Source: a bacterium
Lineage (GTDB): Bacteria > SAR324 > NAC60-12
Assembly (NCBI GenBank): GCA_965233585.1
Contig: CBDDTI010000305.1
Location: 1 to 12,356 of the forward strand
Direction of reading: 5' to 3'
Length of the DNA stretch: 12,356 nt
Shown here: positions 9,919 to 12,356 of the stretch, piece by piece
Layout of the letters: each line of letters starts with the position of its first letter
How positions within the stretch are numbered: position 1 is the stretch's first letter
Program-made: the position numbers and the translations under genes
The notes under the pieces: generated by a model
The model's input: the letters and a program-made list of their open reading frames with translations, nothing else
What the model was told of the DNA's origin: nothing
Database searches by the model: none

Positions 9919-11074
9919 TTTTTTTCTTTTGCCGGCATAATTTATTTCTCGTTGTTTTTAGTTTTAATTTTCAATTTGAAATTGACTTTTTGTTTTCAGA
10001 TTAGTGATATCTATAATCGAATTATTAATTTGCATTGTAATTGATATCACCTAATAGGTAATTTGTAGTATAAGCGGTGCAATATGGAATTCCACTGTAC
10101 ATGCATTTCATTGTCATAAAACTTTAATTATACACGGGAAGAAGAACGGGGTGTTTTATACACAAAGCAATGGCGAGAAGATTGGTAAAATTCATCCGTT
10201 ATGAGATAAATCTCCGCCTGGGTGTGAGATTACAAAGAAAAATAAAGATATTTTTTGTTGTTGGGGTGAATTCTATGGAACGCCAAATTAACAAACACTC
10301 AAATATTGAGAACAAAAACTTAATAGTGCGAGCTTCAATTGAATTTGTGCGCGCACTAATTCAATCAGTGTGCGCACTAATTATATTGAAGAGCGCAATA
10401 ATTGAATAAGTGCGCAAGCTAAATTAAATTCAAACAATTAATGCCCGTTTTAATTCAATTAAACCGCACACTTATTGAATAAGTGCCAAATAGTATTTTT
10501 ACAAGAATACACAGTACTCGGTAACCATAGTCGCCTGAACGCAAATTCAATATTCTATACTTGCGCTAAAATCCCTTGAATTAGTTCATCGTTGAATTTA
10601 AATTTTAAAAAAAGTACAAGAGAGCTTAATTTCTTCATGAGTAGAAGAATTATTCGTCCTCTCTAGTGAATTATAATAGCGGAACTTTAGTTTAATCATT
10701 ATTTTGCTCCAAGGCTAAAAGAACGCTAAAAAGGCAAAGAACGCCTGCTTTTTCGCCATGATTATCAAGAAATATCTGCCAAAAAATAAAAATAAAAAAC
10801 AAGCAATAGCCGATGTGAAAATTATTGCCTGCATCGCCTTTTTTCTCAAGATTTCCCAATTTTCTACACAAAATGACAATTTTACAAGCATACGTTAACA
10901 TACAAAGAAAGACAACTCAGTCTACCCAGTATACACAGTCTGCCACGTGTGCCATTACCTAATATCTATTTTAGCCATACAACAGATCTCATTCGCCAAC
11001 TCAGCCACACCCACATGTTACTTCCTTTTCTAAATTTAGGAACCAATACAACTTTTTACTACCTCATATCACGA

Positions 11075-11147
11075 TCCCGTGTAGCTCAATGCGAAGAGCT
11101 TTGGTCTCTTAACCATGAGGTCGCGAGTTCGAATCCCGGGTGTAATG
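11075..11147 (+). pseudogene. Degenerate tRNA-like sequence, copy 5
   Basis: Same sequence as 284-356; followed by a 10-T run. Confidence 0.75.
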
Positions 11148-11173
11148 ATTTTTTTTTTCTTAATGCTTTGATC

Positions 11174-11403
11174 AACCCAGCAGACATTTGACGTCAGTAC
11201 GACGTCGGAATGACGTTTGACTCTGACGTTGGATTGACCTTGGAATCAGGTTGAAAATGAAAGTTTTCTAGACGTCGGATTTTGGTTGGATTGGTCGCGA
11301 CCAAAAATCAACCTGATTCCAACGTCTTTACAACGTCGGATTGGTCGCGACCAAAAATCAACCGGATTCCAACGTCTTTACAACGTCGTGTGCCTGCTGG
11401 GTT
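11174..11403. mobile_element. MITE, copy 5
   Basis: Same as 381-610. Confidence 0.8.
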
Positions 11404-12191
11404 ATCTTTCATAAAAGTCAGAGAATCTATGAAATGCGTATTTCCAGGACTCGAAGTGTGTGAAATGTCGAGTTATCGCCAACATGCTAAAATATCGGGT
11501 AATATAAGTCAATCGAGTCTATATTTATGAAATAAAGGATTCATAAAGCATTTTGTTGTTTTGCATTAAATTGGACTAAAACAGTTAAATTTTTGATATC
11601 ATGACACATAGAAATAAAATGTATGCCAAATGACTGATCGAGTCGAACATCATACACAGTCAAGAAAGAGAACACATTGACAGTATGTGTTTTGAAACAA
11701 GGTACGTTCTACGGCGAAGAAACATGGATTGAAATGCACTTAAACAGAAATAACTACTCACGCTTCTTTTGTTTCTTGGATATTTGTTTCCAAATAAATC
11801 CAACCTCTAGCAGAATAAATAAATGTTAATAACACATTTTGGAGATACAATGGCCTCAATAGATATCCATATTTGTCATGAGAAGTACAGTTTACTACAT
11901 TTTGCGTGAGCACCAACTGCATTGTGTTCACTGTTTACACCACGTGGTTACCGGAGTCGACTGTTGGCAATTCGCTCTTGGTCACCTCGATATCTGTCCG
12001 AGCATAGATCTTTGTTTGCACATTTTTTGGTTTTAAATGTGGGATTTGAACCGCACCATCAAAGGAATCAAAGATGAGGAAATTTGTATTGGTTGGATGG
12101 GGGAGTACGTTCAAACTCGTGATTGTTTCATTAAGTCGTTGGGTGAGGGAGATATGGTTTGGAAGACAAAACGGCCCGATTTTTTTTTTTG

Positions 12192-12356
12192 TTTTAGTGT
12201 ATCTGAGCCGAAGGTTCAAGTGCACTATTGTTATCATGCGCTGTCCGTATTCCGTCCGTCCGTCGTTAATTTTTCACATTTTCGACTTCTCCTGTGAAAG
12301 CGCTGAACGGAATTGAACGAAACTTGACAGGAAGCTAGGTCTCAACGTCTTCTACC
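12192..12356 (+). mobile_element. Non-autonomous Helentron-like element, copy 5 (5' part, cut by the window end, three substitutions)
   Basis: The 5' hairpin, GTCC microsatellite and start of monomer 1 are present. It differs from copies 1-4 at 12241 (T>C), 12270 (C>T) and 12326 (T>G). Confidence 0.75.

Larger units (their letters stand above)
1..12356. repeat. Tandem array (macrosatellite-like) of ~2.7-kb units, ~4.6 copies; both ends run off the window
   Basis: The same ORFs recur at 158/2857/5555/8252/10949 and 1247/3945/6642/9339/12037, giving periods of 2697-2699 bp. The window start ATAAAAAACAAGCAATAGCC recurs at 2700, 5398, 8095 and 10792. Confidence 0.99.

Noticed and set aside
11935..12316. 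Extra ORFs unique to copy 5
   Set aside because: They arise from a one-base change in the T-run at 12180-12190 and are not evidence of a gene or of phase variation.

Overview
The whole window is a head-to-tail tandem array of about 4.6 nearly identical 2697-2699 bp units (1-2699, 2700-5397, 5398-8094, 8095-10791, partial 10792-12356). The DNA is AT-rich and looks eukaryotic. The repeat architecture resembles bivalve (oyster-like) repeats, but that is recognition from memory, not a database result. No credible protein-coding gene is present. Each unit is a mosaic of non-coding parts: (i) a degenerate 73-nt tRNA-like sequence with A/B boxes followed by a T-run; (ii) a 230-bp MITE with perfect 10-bp TIRs, ATC flanking direct repeats and an internal 50-bp duplication; (iii) a ~425-bp non-autonomous Helentron-like (HINE/pearl/CvA-type) element holding two 145-bp monomers; (iv) an AT-rich hairpin and a palindromic GCGC/AATT repeat zone. 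The differences I noticed between copies are homopolymer lengths, two small indels in copy 1, and three clustered substitutions in the last Helentron-like copy, which may mark the array boundary.
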